Assembly: GCF_006345805.1 (NCBI RefSeq)
Contig: NC_042999.1
Coordinates: 100,440,001-100,504,000 of the forward strand
Source: Octopus sinensis
Lineage: Eukaryota
Direction of reading: 5' to 3'
Length of the DNA stretch: 64,000 bases
How positions within the stretch are numbered: position 1 is the stretch's first letter; each line of letters opens with the position of its first letter. The position numbers and the translations under genes were made by a program. Of the stretch, positions 25,893 through 37,754 are shown one piece after another. The notes beneath the pieces are model-generated. The model worked only from the letters and a program-made list of their open reading frames with translations, was not told the origin of the DNA and made no database searches.

Positions 25893-27799
25893 TGCAAATC
25901 AAGCTGGGCCGAATTTGTGACCAGCATTAGCATTTGAATATTTCGAGTGCCTGTAAAATATATATAGACATAATTTTTTTTGACAGTTTGGGGGGTTTAA
26001 GAATGGAATGAGATTCTTTAAAATATATTTACTTGGCTTTTCCCTTAATGTATTTAAGAAATATACCAGAATACTGGATATACCGAATAAATGTATATCA
26101 GACAAATAAATTGTTATAAACTATTGCGAAAATGCTCGCCAGTCATATCATAGAATATCATGTATACCAAGGGGATTTATTTTCATTCACTATTCCCTTG
26201 TTTAATATATAATAGGCTATAAATAAAGAATGAAATCTGTTACAGTTCTTAGTAAACGCGAAAGTAATAGATGTAGACCAATGGGTTGTTTATAACGAAT
26301 AAAGTGCCTTGGCATAAAGATACAGTTTAAAAGTTTCAGTTGGTTTGTAAAAATGATTGTTACAGAAAAAATCAATTACATCGGATATTATATTGCTTTT
26401 TATCGTGATGCTTGATTAAAGATCATAAGTGAATAATTATAAGACATCTGAAATATCGAATTCTTCAAAACAATGCAGTGCAAAAGCCAGCCAAATTTCA
26501 CACTGAGATTTCCGCCTTCATTTTTAGTATTTATTTCACGAGTGGTCTGGAAAAAAACTGAGCTTCCTCTATCTTTAGCAGGAAATCAGTTCCGAGTGTT
26601 TCTTAGAGACAAGATAATGAGATTTTAAAATCTTCTACATACAATACTTGCTAAATTTATTATTCGGCTTCATTTCGCAAAATAACCATTTGGTATTAAA
26701 GTAAACTTTTATATTTTTGAGCCTCCTAATTAAATATTACAAACTTGTGACATTGGTTTTAATGTGGGCTCGAAATTAATGAAAATGCTGAGAGTATCTT
26801 GTGTTGGAAGATTTTTATATCAATCCACTCAATGATTTCGAACTATTCACCATTACATGTTAAATAATATCTTTAGTTGTAAGTCGAGTCAAGTGGTTAT
26901 TCAATCCAGTTTTACTATTACAGTGGAATCATACTGTTCGACTCTATTCACATTTATCCTGTACTAAATGTGATAGAGGTTGATATTCGTAAAAACTTCT
27001 TAGAGAAATTGGGAGATTTGGCAATCATATCTAAAATCAAACTGGCTACAACAAAGGTTTCTGTTTTTCCTTTGTATTTTTAGTTAGAGACTGAAGCCGG
27101 GTAATTATAACATTAGTATTTTTTTTTCAAGTGGTAAATGTAAAGCTATCCTAATTTGGAGTATTATTTTATCAGGAATATGTTTGCTAATTGATTCCTG
27201 TATTCGTTTTAGCTGAGTTTCATACATCTATTATTAGATAGCACTTCCTTTTGATGCATTTTTACTCACATATGAGGTTTCTTTCTTATCGCACCGATTT
27301 CCGATTTTAACTTCAATTTTAAAATCCTCGCCTAAAACAAATCTCTTCAAATTTTATAATACCTCTATTCCGCATGCTACAGATCCCTTTAATTACAACT
27401 GGTAATTCAGATACACCTTATTTATAAGAGACCATAATTTATCTGCCTGAGTTTTTATCAAAAGATCTCTCTTATATTCAACAATGTAGTGAGTATATTG
27501 TTTTAAATATTTTACTAAAATGATCTGAAGTTCATTTTATTTTTTAACTAGAATAATTTTAAAGTAAATATACGATTTAATCTTATACATTCATCTGCTT
27601 TGAAAGTTATCGTATTAATACATATTTTTGGGATATATATGACATTATTGCAAACTAATTATTTAAGATACGAAAGAAAATTATCTATTAGGGTCCTTTA
27701 GTCACCTCGATTGGACAATCTTACAACTTTTTAATTGCTTCTTCGTCATAGTTTCCGTATTAGTAAAGAAGAAAATTTATATTTTTATTCAAAATATTT

Positions 27800-28400
27800 A
27801 TCACCTCTCTCCTAATTATTTCAATTCTAATTGCTGTTGGTGTATGAAGAAGTTTGACACTGCTGCTTTCATCTGTACCTCATACCGGGCCATTGGTTCA
27901 TCCGGTGTTGTGGAGAGGAGAATATCCAGTTACTTTTTGAAGACATCCACGTCCACATAGTGTAGGTTTCATAATTTTTTCAGCAGAATATTGAATAACT
28001 GTGAGTCTTTGAGCTCTAGGTTATTGCAGTAACTGGTCCTGACTTTAGATGGGGTGGGCGATACCTTTGGTACAATACAATGGCGTCTAGTTCGGGTATT
28101 TGTATCACACACAATGTCGAAATTAGCTAGAAACTCTTCCAGAATTTTCTATATGATAGATTGTTACATATCTGCCTTCGTTCCAGGAAGCAAAGTTGTA
28201 GTTTTTTCAGCCTTTCCCTGGAATTTATTCACTGCACTGCTACAGCCTTTTTAGTATAGTGACGATGGACCACTTCAAGCTCTGCTCTTAGTTTGACACT
28301 ATGTGACGACCACAGCTGAGAGCAATAGTCCAGGCATATGAAAATAAAAGTCCTCCACATGGTCAACATGACTTCTTGGTCTCTTGTCTTAAAAGACGTT
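27800..28400 (-). mobile_element. CR1-like LINE 3' relic
   Basis: FKTRDQEVMLTMWRTFIFICLDYCSQLWSSHSVKLRAELEVVHRHYTKK; same region of ORF2 as the copy at 8836. Confidence 0.8.
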
Positions 28401-28527
28401 TGTGTGTATGTGTGTGTATGTATGCCTGTATGTATGAATTCGTTTGTGCATGTATGAATACATATATGAACATTATCATGCATAGATAGGCACATATATA
28501 GGAATATATATATATATATATATTATA

Positions 28528-28574
<47 letters not shown>

Positions 28575-28677
28575 ATATGTGTGTATACATACATACATAC
28601 TTACTTGCATACATACATACATACATACATACATACATACATACATACATACATACATACATACATACATACATACA

Positions 28678-28709
<32 letters not shown>

Positions 28710-29080
28710 CAGAAACTCCACGACTGTTTTATATGTCCAATTTTCGAACGAAATTTAAGGAACGAACCAGTGAACTGTTTTCAAGAGTATTCAGATAACA
28801 ATAAGCTTTTCATCAGGTGCATAAGTAAGAGGGATTTAAAATGAATTTTAAAAGGTATTTCATGCCAGCAGATGTAAAGATATAAATCAGCCAATTAAAT
28901 AACAAAGTAATAATGCTGTACAATTCATTCAAGTTATTTAAGACATATACATACAAACACAAATACATTCACATATATATACATATACATATATACATAT
29001 ACATATATACATATATACATATATATATATATATAAACACATACACTCACACACACACACACACACACATACACACAACA

Positions 29081-29190
<110 letters not shown>

Positions 29191-29339
29191 CACTGTATGG
29201 ACCAGACTGTCGATGTTGTTGTGTATATACCATTGATAATAGCGTATTTCTTCGCATTGCTGTACTTTTCGAAGGATACTATTCCACATATATACATTCA
29301 CATACACACACACACACACACATATGTATATACATACAT

Positions 29340-29372
<33 letters not shown>

Positions 29373-29537
29373 CACATATGTAGACATGTATATATACATA
29401 TATATACACACACATATATATATATTTAAAGAAGGAGGTTTGTAACCTTTATTGGAACTTATATATATATATACATACGTATATTCATATATACATACAT
29501 ATATACATATATATATATACATACACAAGTACATATA

Positions 29538-29568
<31 letters not shown>

Positions 29569-30238
29569 CAACATCCGTATATATATAACCATACACACAC
29601 ACACATATATAATAATATATATATGTAATATATATATATATATATATATGGAGTGGGTGAGTAATTGTCTATTGCAAAGTATTCCATACCTCAATGTAGG
29701 TTTCATACAAATATCAAGTATTTTTATTTGGGCTACGTAAAATAAAAATATCAGGCCATGCTACTACGTACAGATGAAAATAAAGTTCTTGTTATAGTCG
29801 TCGGAGGTATTATAAAAAGTGTTGAGCGTGGCTTTAAATAGTTTATTAACAGAAAGCCACTACCTCGGTACATAATTAACAATGAATTATTCATAGATTT
29901 TCAGCAACCCCAAACATCAAAATATCTTCAAAAATATCTTCAAAAACATATTCCATATTTCGTTGTACAGTTTGGAGAAACCATTGAACAATGTGTCATA
30001 TAAACTTACTCTATAACAACGTATAAGTCGCTCAGTTATTGCTCTTCTCTCGAGAAATGGCTGCACAAGTCTCCCACATATCGCATCCCGTCCTCTTAAA
30101 ATTATGATGGTCGCATTGTAAAATGTAGTCGATTGTACAGTCAGAATCTAAACGGTATTATCGAAGCTAGGGTTCTTTTGATCATGTGTCTACTGGATCA
30201 GGACTAAACTTCTACAAATCAACCACGACATTATAAAA

Positions 30239-30607
30239 TCTCTATATATATAAAGCTGAAGTTGTCTGTGTATGGCAGGTTTGGTAGCCTTCAACTAACA
30301 CTATCTTCTCCGAGACCCTGCGATGCAAGTTGACCAAAATTGAGAGTATAATAGAAGAAGGCTTGCTCTTCCCTCCGTAGAAGAAAAAATTCAAATCGGA
30401 CCATGTTAACACCAAAAATTATTTCTATGAAAATCCCTATTTTTTACGATTTTTGACTGCTGTGTCGCCATTTTTCGGTGTATTTCAACCAGAAAAATGT
30501 TCACTTAAAGAGAATAACAAGCTACATAATGCAAAATTTTTACTTTTCAAAAATCCCAATTCTAAAGGGTTGAAACAAACCCAAGCAACGCCGGGCGATA
30601 CAGCTAC
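30239..30607 (+). mobile_element. Non-autonomous Helitron
   Basis: 5' A|TCTCTATATATATAAA; 3' hairpin CCCAAGCAACGCCGGG then CGATACAGCTAC|T (CTAG mutated to CTAC); no TSD. Confidence 0.8.
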
Positions 30608-30864
30608 TTTTAATGAAAAGCACGATCTCAACCAACAGGTGTCGCGCGCGCACACACACACGCACATTTATTTAATAACACTTTGAATCAACTCCACATT
30701 ACTGAAGTTTTTGCAGGCATGGAAGACATTTACAATAACAGTTATGTTGACGTGTTCTACAGCTACGAAACTTCAAGTAATCTGGAGTTCAGTCAAACAT
30801 GTAACTCGTACCAAATGTGATAAATCCTACTTCCGTTTGTTTACTCACTAGTATATATAAGTGT

Positions 30865-30917
<53 letters not shown>

Positions 30918-31098
30918 TGTGTGTGTGTTAGTGTGTGTGTGCGCGCACGTGTGTATTGTGTGTTGTGTGATAATTCGTTAAATCTCTATTTGAAACTTTT
31001 TTTATTTGTTAGCGTTCATTTAGACAAAGGTGTGCAATCGAAAGTCAGAATAGCGGGAAGATAGATCATGAGTTTGAAAGAATACATACGCATACACT

Positions 31099-31182
<84 letters not shown>

Positions 31183-31342
31183 ATACATACATACACACAT
31201 ACATTCATGTACAATACACAAAAATGCACATATACAAATATCTATGCGTTTAAAATGGCTCATTGAAAAAAAAACGTACACACACTCACACACGCACATC
31301 TCGCTCAAACATTTAAGATTGAATTTAATCTTTGTAACCTAC

Positions 31343-31634
31343 CTTGAGGCTTTGTAAGTAAACTTGTCTGGTTATCCAGTTTTGCTTCCATTCTGGTTAA
31401 ATCAGCTATAAGACGATGCTCGACGAGTCCTGTGTGGTTTTCTAAGATTGTATCGAGTACATTGAAGTACACACGAAGTCGTACTTCTACAGCTTCTGCG
31501 ATAACGTCAACTAGCTGCCCTATACTGACGACGTTGCGTGGTCGACGGTCTAACACCCCTCTCACATACTGGCTTCCTCCTGTGGACGTTAAGATATATA
31601 CTGTAAAGGTTACCCACCACAGAAAACGGTACAT
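31343..31634 (-). CDS. First coding exon of a secreted coiled-coil protein (family not identified)
   Basis: AAAATG start; MYRFLWWVTFTVYILTSTGG signal-peptide-like segment; amphipathic/heptad-like segment ...LENHTGLVEHRLIADLTRMEAKLDNQTSLLTKPQ with N-glycosylation sequons NHT and NQT. 292 nt, ending CAAG|GTAGGT (phase-1 donor); non-repetitive and CpG-rich. Confidence 0.75.
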
Positions 31635-33046
31635 TTTATTGCCGTCGTTCAAATGTCGGTAGCTTTATGTTGTTCTTATGTGTATCTTACGGTGAGTTAA
31701 TAGCTTTATAGTCATACGTTTTTCAGTAAATTAATGGGGAATTAGTAGCTTAAGAAATCTCAGTACCGAAACTCGTTTATCAATAATGTTATTGATGATG
31801 CTTTTGTTTTATAAATCTTTTTTCAAAGTTTTTCAAAATATTTTGTCTTGATTAACGTCGTTCTTATTACATGATGCCATGGAGATTTTTTTGAGGCCTA
31901 AAATATAACATACACTTCCTTTTTCCTTTCTCCTCCATTCATTCGAGTAGTTAACGGAGCTAGTCAAACACACCTTATGAAAATTAGTTTACAATATAAT
32001 TTAGAGATCATCCAGAGACTTTGCACTTAGCCACACAGGTAAATTTTCATACAGGTAAATCTTTGGTTTTTCATCAGGTTTTTCCATCCAGAAAAATCTC
32101 TTTTTGATATAGTTTTAATTAATCAGTTCATAGCAATTATTAAAACAAAATAGAAATATAATAAATAACGGCAATGGGGACATTAGACGGTAGACCATTT
32201 GTTGTTGTTGTTTCAAATTTTTCCTTTGGAAAAACTGTATTTGTTTAGGTAAAACTGAAAGCTCGTAATTTAAGACAGGTAATAATCGTTCAAAGTATCA
32301 TTTCATTATGATGCTAATTAGATTTCGTCATCTCCCATTCATACTATAATTTGAGGAACGTATCGTTTAAGAAGTAATTAAATAGAATTCTTCAGCTGGA
32401 GAATAATCTTATTTTGTTAAAGCAACAAATTGAAAATCTTTGATAATCGTTTGAATAAGGATTATTCCAAGAACATTGTATTTTGCCAGAACTGCATTAC
32501 TTGTTACTCTCCTGGTATTTGAATTCAGAATTTTAGCCCGAAATATCAAAAGAGTTCATTCAGAACGAAATTCTTTGAGCTTTTATGAAAAAGCATTTAC
32601 TATCATAATTATATATTGTGGCACCACGTCGTTGTAATTGATCTATTTTTCCTTTACGTACGTCGCTGATTCTAATTAAAAAGTCACGTTTTATCACATT
32701 CGAAAGTTTCTTTCTATTTTCCCTTCATGAACATAGTTCGCGATGGCAATAAAGTTCCTGTGAGATAAAAATCAGCAAACATAGACGATGTTAAACCAAG
32801 AAAACATTGTTCTTTCCTAGGATAACTGAAGTTGTGCTTCAAGTTTCTGTCAGACAATTATTTGTTTTCAATAATGTACCCACCTTGCAACTGTCATTTA
32901 ATCAACTACCCAATGCCCTGTTAAAAGACCTACCCACCTGGTAAGGGGCTGAGGACTTCTTTTGCAACCAATAAATATAACGTACATTTCATCAGACTCC
33001 TCCTCTTCTTTCCATTCCCCCTCTTTCTCCCTCACTATGTACATAC

Positions 33047-33083
<37 letters not shown>

Positions 33084-33121
33084 TGTGTGTATGTGTGTGT
33101 GGTGTATATGTGTGTGTGTAT

Positions 33122-33193
<72 letters not shown>

Positions 33194-33286
33194 TGTTTTC
33201 TTTATTGCCTTTGTGCACGTGTGAACATGCGTGATTGAATATGTATAGAAAGCTAACATATGGTAGGTGCATATGTATTTATATAT

Positions 33287-33357
<71 letters not shown>

Positions 33358-33437
33358 ATATATATATACATATATTGTATATATGTATTATATAGTATAT
33401 ATATATTATTTATAATATATATATATATATATATAAT

Positions 33438-33468
<31 letters not shown>

Positions 33469-33511
33469 CATTATATATTTTGTATAAATGCATACATATA
33501 TACTTATACGT

Positions 33512-33765
33512 GTCTGTATGTACTTTTAAATATATACATATATATATATATATAAGTATATATTAAAAGTACATACAGACTTTTTTTTTCTCTCCTTTTT
33601 TTCTCTCCTTCTTTCTGTGTTTCTCTCTCTGTGTATCTTTCTGTGAGAGCGTAGGCTCGAAACGTTAAAGACTTGTTTTATTTATATTTCCTGAGCGCCA
33701 TACTAATACAATGTTCGTTTGTTTTCCACTGCCTTCGTTTTTGTTATTTTCATAAAGCTTCCCGT
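33512..33765 (+). mobile_element. Penelope-like pseudo-LTR fragment with short 5' fold-back and minimal hammerhead
   Basis: 25-bp inverted arms at 33512-33537 and 33556-33580; hammerhead-like motif at 33636-33671; conserved TTTCCTGAGCGCCATACTAATAC tail; ends in (TA)n. Confidence 0.7.
33636..33671 (+). ncRNA. Minimal type I hammerhead-like motif (1-nt core deletion)
   Basis: TCTTT-CTGTGA-GAGC-GTAG-GCTC-GAAA-CG-TT-AAAGA; stem III is only the palindrome ACGT. Confidence 0.55.
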
Positions 33766-33799
<34 letters not shown>

Positions 33800-33841
33800 A
33801 TAGATATATACGCGAGAAAGAAGCAACAAGAATGGATAGGT

Positions 33842-33930
33842 TTTTAGTACGATCGTTTCATACAAGGACAGGTTTTATAAAAGTTGCAAAGATTACAGCA
33901 TATAAACGAGTCCGTACTCATCAGCTAAAA
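33842..33930 (-). ncRNA. Type I hammerhead ribozyme motif, long stem II (left arm)
   Basis: TTTTAG-CTGATGA-GTACGGAC...GTCCTTGTAT-GAAA-CGATCG-TA-CTAAAA. Confidence 0.7.
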
Positions 33931-34101
33931 TACATGTAAGTTCTCCAGACATCCTAGTGTTGAGGCTATACTCATGAAGTAATGTAGAAAATTAAACAGA
34001 TTTCTAAAGAACTTTAATGAACTTTAGAAATCTGTTTAATTTTCTACATTACTTCATGAGTATAGCCTCAAACACTAGGATGTCTAGAGAACTTACATGT
34101 A

Positions 34102-34190
34102 TTTTAGCTGATGAGTACGGGACTCGTTTATATGCTGTAATCTTTGCAACTTTTAATAAAATGTCCTTGTATGAAACGATCGTACTAAAA
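34102..34190 (+). ncRNA. Type I hammerhead ribozyme motif, long stem II (right arm)
   Basis: Stem I TTTTAG 34102-07 / CTAAAA 34185-90; CTGATGA 34108-14; GAAA 34173-76; palindromic stem III ACGATCGT; GUA cleavage predicted after 34184. Confidence 0.7.
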
Positions 34191-34345
34191 ACCATCCATT
34201 CTTGTTGCTTCTTTCTCGCTTATAATCACCACACACATTACTGTATTGTTAAATCAGTATAGTTTTTTTGGTGCATCTAAGTTAGGTACCATATTCAAGT
34301 AAATTTTTTAAATTAACTTGAATCTTTATTGCTCTTGTATATATA

Positions 34346-34376
<31 letters not shown>

Positions 34377-34595
34377 CAGAGAGAGAGAGATTCAGTGGAA
34401 ATTAGGTACTTGAGTTGGAGCACCAAGTCGGTCCAGTATTATCCGCACAGCTGGCACTGATACACACACTCAATACTCACACACAGATAAATAGGTCCGT
34501 TTATATGTGTGTATACTAATACGTAAATATATGTATGTGCATATATCCATATATATACTTTATGAATATGTAATATATAATATATATATACAACA

Positions 34596-34712
34596 ATTGA
34601 GGCAAAATTAATTAATTATTAATCAATTTCACCAAGGTTCAGTATGCAAAGGACCATTCAAGGCGAATTCAAATTATTACATTATATAAAGGGCTTAAGC
34701 CCTTTATATAAT
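34596..34712 (-). mobile_element. Short TA-flanked repeat fragment ending in a perfect 32-bp palindrome
   Basis: ATTATATAAAGGGCTT|AAGCCCTTTATATAAT at 34681-34712; the Penelope-like origin is inferred from context only. Confidence 0.5.
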
Positions 34713-34848
34713 TATATATATATATATATATATGAAATTATATTAGGAATGTATTGTAAATCAGAAACAATCTACAAACGTGACCAATATGCTAAGTTTG
34801 AAGCGATATACAAAAAGAAACTTCAAGGATAATTGAATATATATATAA

Positions 34849-34928
<80 letters not shown>

Positions 34929-35338
34929 GTATATATGTATATATGTATATATATGTATATATATATACATGTATATATATATATATCATATATATATGCG
35001 TATATATATATATATATGTATATATATATGTATATATAATATATACGTTTATATATATATATGTTTATATATATGTATATATATATACATATGCATGTGT
35101 GTGTATGTATATATATATATGTGTGTGTGTGTGTGTATGTATGAAGAGTAGGCCAAAATGACGGTGTTTCAAACGTATTGTCTTAAATTTACAATAACCT
35201 AGCGTCATATTCAATATATATATAGAAAATAGATCTAATTAAGATGTGTGTGTGTGAGTGTATGCATGTGTGTGCGTGTGTGTGCATACACACACACACA
35301 AACCACATACATATATGTATGTAGATATGCACACAAGC

Positions 35339-35630
35339 GCGCGTGCGCTGGCGTAGCTGTGTGGTAAGTAGTTTGCTTCACAGCCGCATGGTTCCGAGTT
35401 CAGTCTCACTGCGTGGTACTTTAAGCAAGCGTCTTCTAATATAGTCCCGTGTCGACCAAAGCCTTGTGAGCGTATTTGATAGACGGAAACTGAAAAGAAT
35501 TGTGCATGTATATGTCTTTGTGTTACAACTTTTAACATAGCAATTCGGCAAAAGACACCGATAGAATATGTACCAAGCTTTAAAAGAATAAATAATGGGG
35601 TCAGTATACCCGCAATCGAATGACTGTAAC
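35339..35630 (+). mobile_element. SINE family B, degenerate
   Basis: GGCGTAGCTGTGTGGTAAGTAG...GGTTCCGAGTTCAGTCTC...GACGGAAACTGAAAAG...TTCGGCAAAAGACACCGATAGAAT. Confidence 0.85.
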
Positions 35631-36164
35631 AAAGAAAGGAAAAAGGATATAAATATATTTATATATTTTAGAAAAGCATCGCGTTCAAAGGATGAGAATA
35701 TCGTCTTTATACTGAGCATAAGAATAATATAATGGTAACACTATTCAATTGTTTAAATATGCCTAGTTCAACAACCCCGGAGGTCCACATGGTTAGGAGC
35801 ATAAGCAAAACAATAGTCAAACTATCCTGGAATCCCTGAGTCGTAGTAGTCAAATTGACAGAGAGGTCTAAGGTGTGGTGAGGAAGTGGGATTATGGGGA
35901 AGGGAGTAAAGAGAGGTGTACGAATCATACATTGAAGAGTTCAATTAAGCTTAACTCGATTATTAGCTGGTTTATATTAATGTCACCTATTGAGTCACCT
36001 TGAAGATATAAATATTTATATATATATGTATCCAGGTTCGATAATGATACGAATAAGGAGTCCAACGTAGGTCGTGTATTAGCAAGTATATATATAAAAA
36101 AATTAACAGAATGAGATAAAAAAAATCCAAGGCGGTGAATAGTCTTCAGAATATTTATAAAGAG

Positions 36165-36216
36165 AAGGTCACACAGACGTTTCCGGGATATTTTATATGT
36201 CCCTTCATCAGAGACG
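36165..36216 (-). ncRNA. Decayed hammerhead motif (outer element, left arm)
   Basis: CGTCT-CTGATGA-A-GGGAC..TATCCC-G-GAAA-CGTCTG-TG-TGACC; GUG triplet and broken stem I. Confidence 0.55.
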
Positions 36217-36475
36217 GTGCGAGAAAATGTTTAAGTAATAGTTATTATAGAGAAGATATGAAATGCAGTGAAGTGGATGAATGGAAACAGACGTGAGACC
36301 CGTAAGGATACTGTATCTGTAGTTCCATTATTTAAGCAGAATGGTGTATATATAAGTTTCCTGTATCTTTTGTGTGAGTTCTAATGGTGTTTATAATTGG
36401 TCATTCCAAGTATAGAGTCTTTCTGTTTTCATTCCTCCACTTCACTCTGTATTTCATATCTTCTCTATAATAACT

Positions 36476-36794
36476 GAGATGTACTCGCATAGCAAGTGAT
36501 TTGATCTGAGATCGTGTGCTGGAACGAAAACAATTGCAGCGTGGAAGGTGTTTGTAAGCCATTTAAGAAACACACAAAAGCCGTTCGATTCACTTCTACA
36601 TTTAAGTTTAATTTGTCAAAATATTTTCGTCGCTAAAATCCGCGACCTGTTCACTGACAAAAATCCGTCAGTGAACAGGTGGCGGATTTTAGCGACGAAA
36701 ATATTTTGACAAATTAAACTTAAATGTAGAAGTGAATCGAACGGCTTTTGTGTGTTTCTTAAATGGCTTACAAACACCTTCCACGCTGCAATTG
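36476..36794 (-). mobile_element. Nested young fold-back Penelope-like insertion, 12-bp TSD
   Basis: TSD at 36464-36475 and 36795-36806; 129-bp arms (36530-36658 and 36667-36795) with one mismatch and an 8-nt spacer. Confidence 0.9.
36612..36661 (-). ncRNA. Variant type I hammerhead with G3-C8 core (GUGAACA)
   Basis: TTTGTCA-GTGAACA-G-GTCGC-GGATTTTA-GCGAC-GAAA-ATAT-TT-TGACAAA: 7-bp stem I, 5-bp stem II, palindromic stem III. A mirror copy on + starts at 36667 with a truncated stem I and one stem II mismatch. Confidence 0.6.
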
Positions 36795-36829
36795 TCTATA
36801 ATAACTATTACTTAAATATTTTCTCGCAT

Positions 36830-36885
36830 CGTCTCTGATGAAGGGATATATATATATAAAATATCCCGGAAACAGCTGTAAGACG
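36830..36885 (+). ncRNA. Type I hammerhead ribozyme motif (outer element, right arm)
   Basis: CGTCT-CTGATGA(36835-41)-A-GGGATAT...ATATCCC-G-GAAA(36869-72)-CAGCTG-TA-AGACG; palindromic stem III ACAGCTGT; cleavage predicted after 36880. Confidence 0.8.
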
Positions 36886-37545
36886 TTCTCCTTATATATG
36901 TTCTGAAAACTATTCACCGCCTCGGATTTTTTAACTCATTCTGTTAACTTATATATGTGTATGCGTGTATGTGTATGTGTTTGTGTGCATATATATATAT
37001 AAAGAGAGAGACAGAGAGAGGGGGGAAACACAGACAGAGACAGACAGACAGACAGGGACGGGTGGATAGACACATAAATTAAACAGACAGCCAGGAAGAC
37101 GTACGTACGTGCGTACATACATACATGCATACATACATACATACATGCATGCATGCATACATACATGCATACATACATACATACATACATACATACATAC
37201 ATACATACATACATACATACATACATACATACATAATGGCCGCTTCTCCGTGCTTAAGTACTGGATGACGATGTTGGAACGTCAAGCGATGCCTGTGCAT
37301 CACACTTGCTTTTTAAAGTGGGGAGAGGCCTTGCACACAACCAATCCCACTCTCTGATCAACGATGACAGATATCCCAAAAGGAAGAACTAGTCAAGATC
37401 ATTGGCTGCCATCGAGTCGCAGGTATTATATCAGAGATTTTCTACTCCTAGAGCGATGTCCTAACAAGAACTAGGGGTCGCCCACTCCAATAATGCGGTA
37501 CACCATGCCTATATACTCATTCGCATTTACATATACATACATATA

Positions 37546-37720
37546 TTGATTGATTAATTGATTGATTGATTGATTGATTGACTGACTGACATATTTATTT
37601 ATTGATTGATTGATTGATTGATTGGTTCATTCTCATTTACATATACATACATATATTGATTGAATGATTGGTTGATTCATTCATTCATTCATTCATTGAC
37701 TGATTGACTGATTGATTAAT
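37546..37720. repeat. (ATTG)n/(ATTC)n/(ACTG)n microsatellite with an internal duplication
   Basis: Directly visible; CATTTACATATACATACATATATTGATTGA occurs twice. Confidence 0.9.
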
Positions 37721-37754
37721 TGAGCACGAAACACAAATAGTCAGTAACTGTCAA

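Larger units (their letters stand above)
33812..34219. mobile_element. Fold-back Penelope-like element, ~198-bp inverted arms, 12-nt spacer
   Basis: 33812-34009 is the near-perfect reverse complement of 34022-34219; each arm holds an outward-reading hammerhead. Confidence 0.9.
36103..36947. mobile_element. Fold-back Penelope-like element with ~200-bp inverted arms, each with a hammerhead, interrupted by a nested insertion
   Basis: Left arm 36103-36300 pairs with 36416-36475 plus 36807-36947; the right arm is split at a 12-bp TSD TCTATAATAACT. Confidence 0.85.

Noticed and set aside
25950-27780. SINE-free AT-rich block with semi-open minus-strand frames
   Set aside because: Stop density is not clearly below expectation, frames switch, and no RT, polymerase or other motif could be recognised.
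30690-30790. Candidate exon 2 of the secreted-protein gene (Cys-rich YLKFRSCRTRQHNCYCKCLPC or alternatives)
   Set aside because: Weak acceptors and several equally plausible readings on both strands; cannot be supported without transcripts.
31432-31662. 76-aa + strand ORF
   Set aside because: Antisense shadow of the minus-strand exon.
35770-35900. FN3-like peptide PEVHMVRSISKTIVKLSWNP
   Set aside because: Short, followed by stops, and lacks convincing splice sites.
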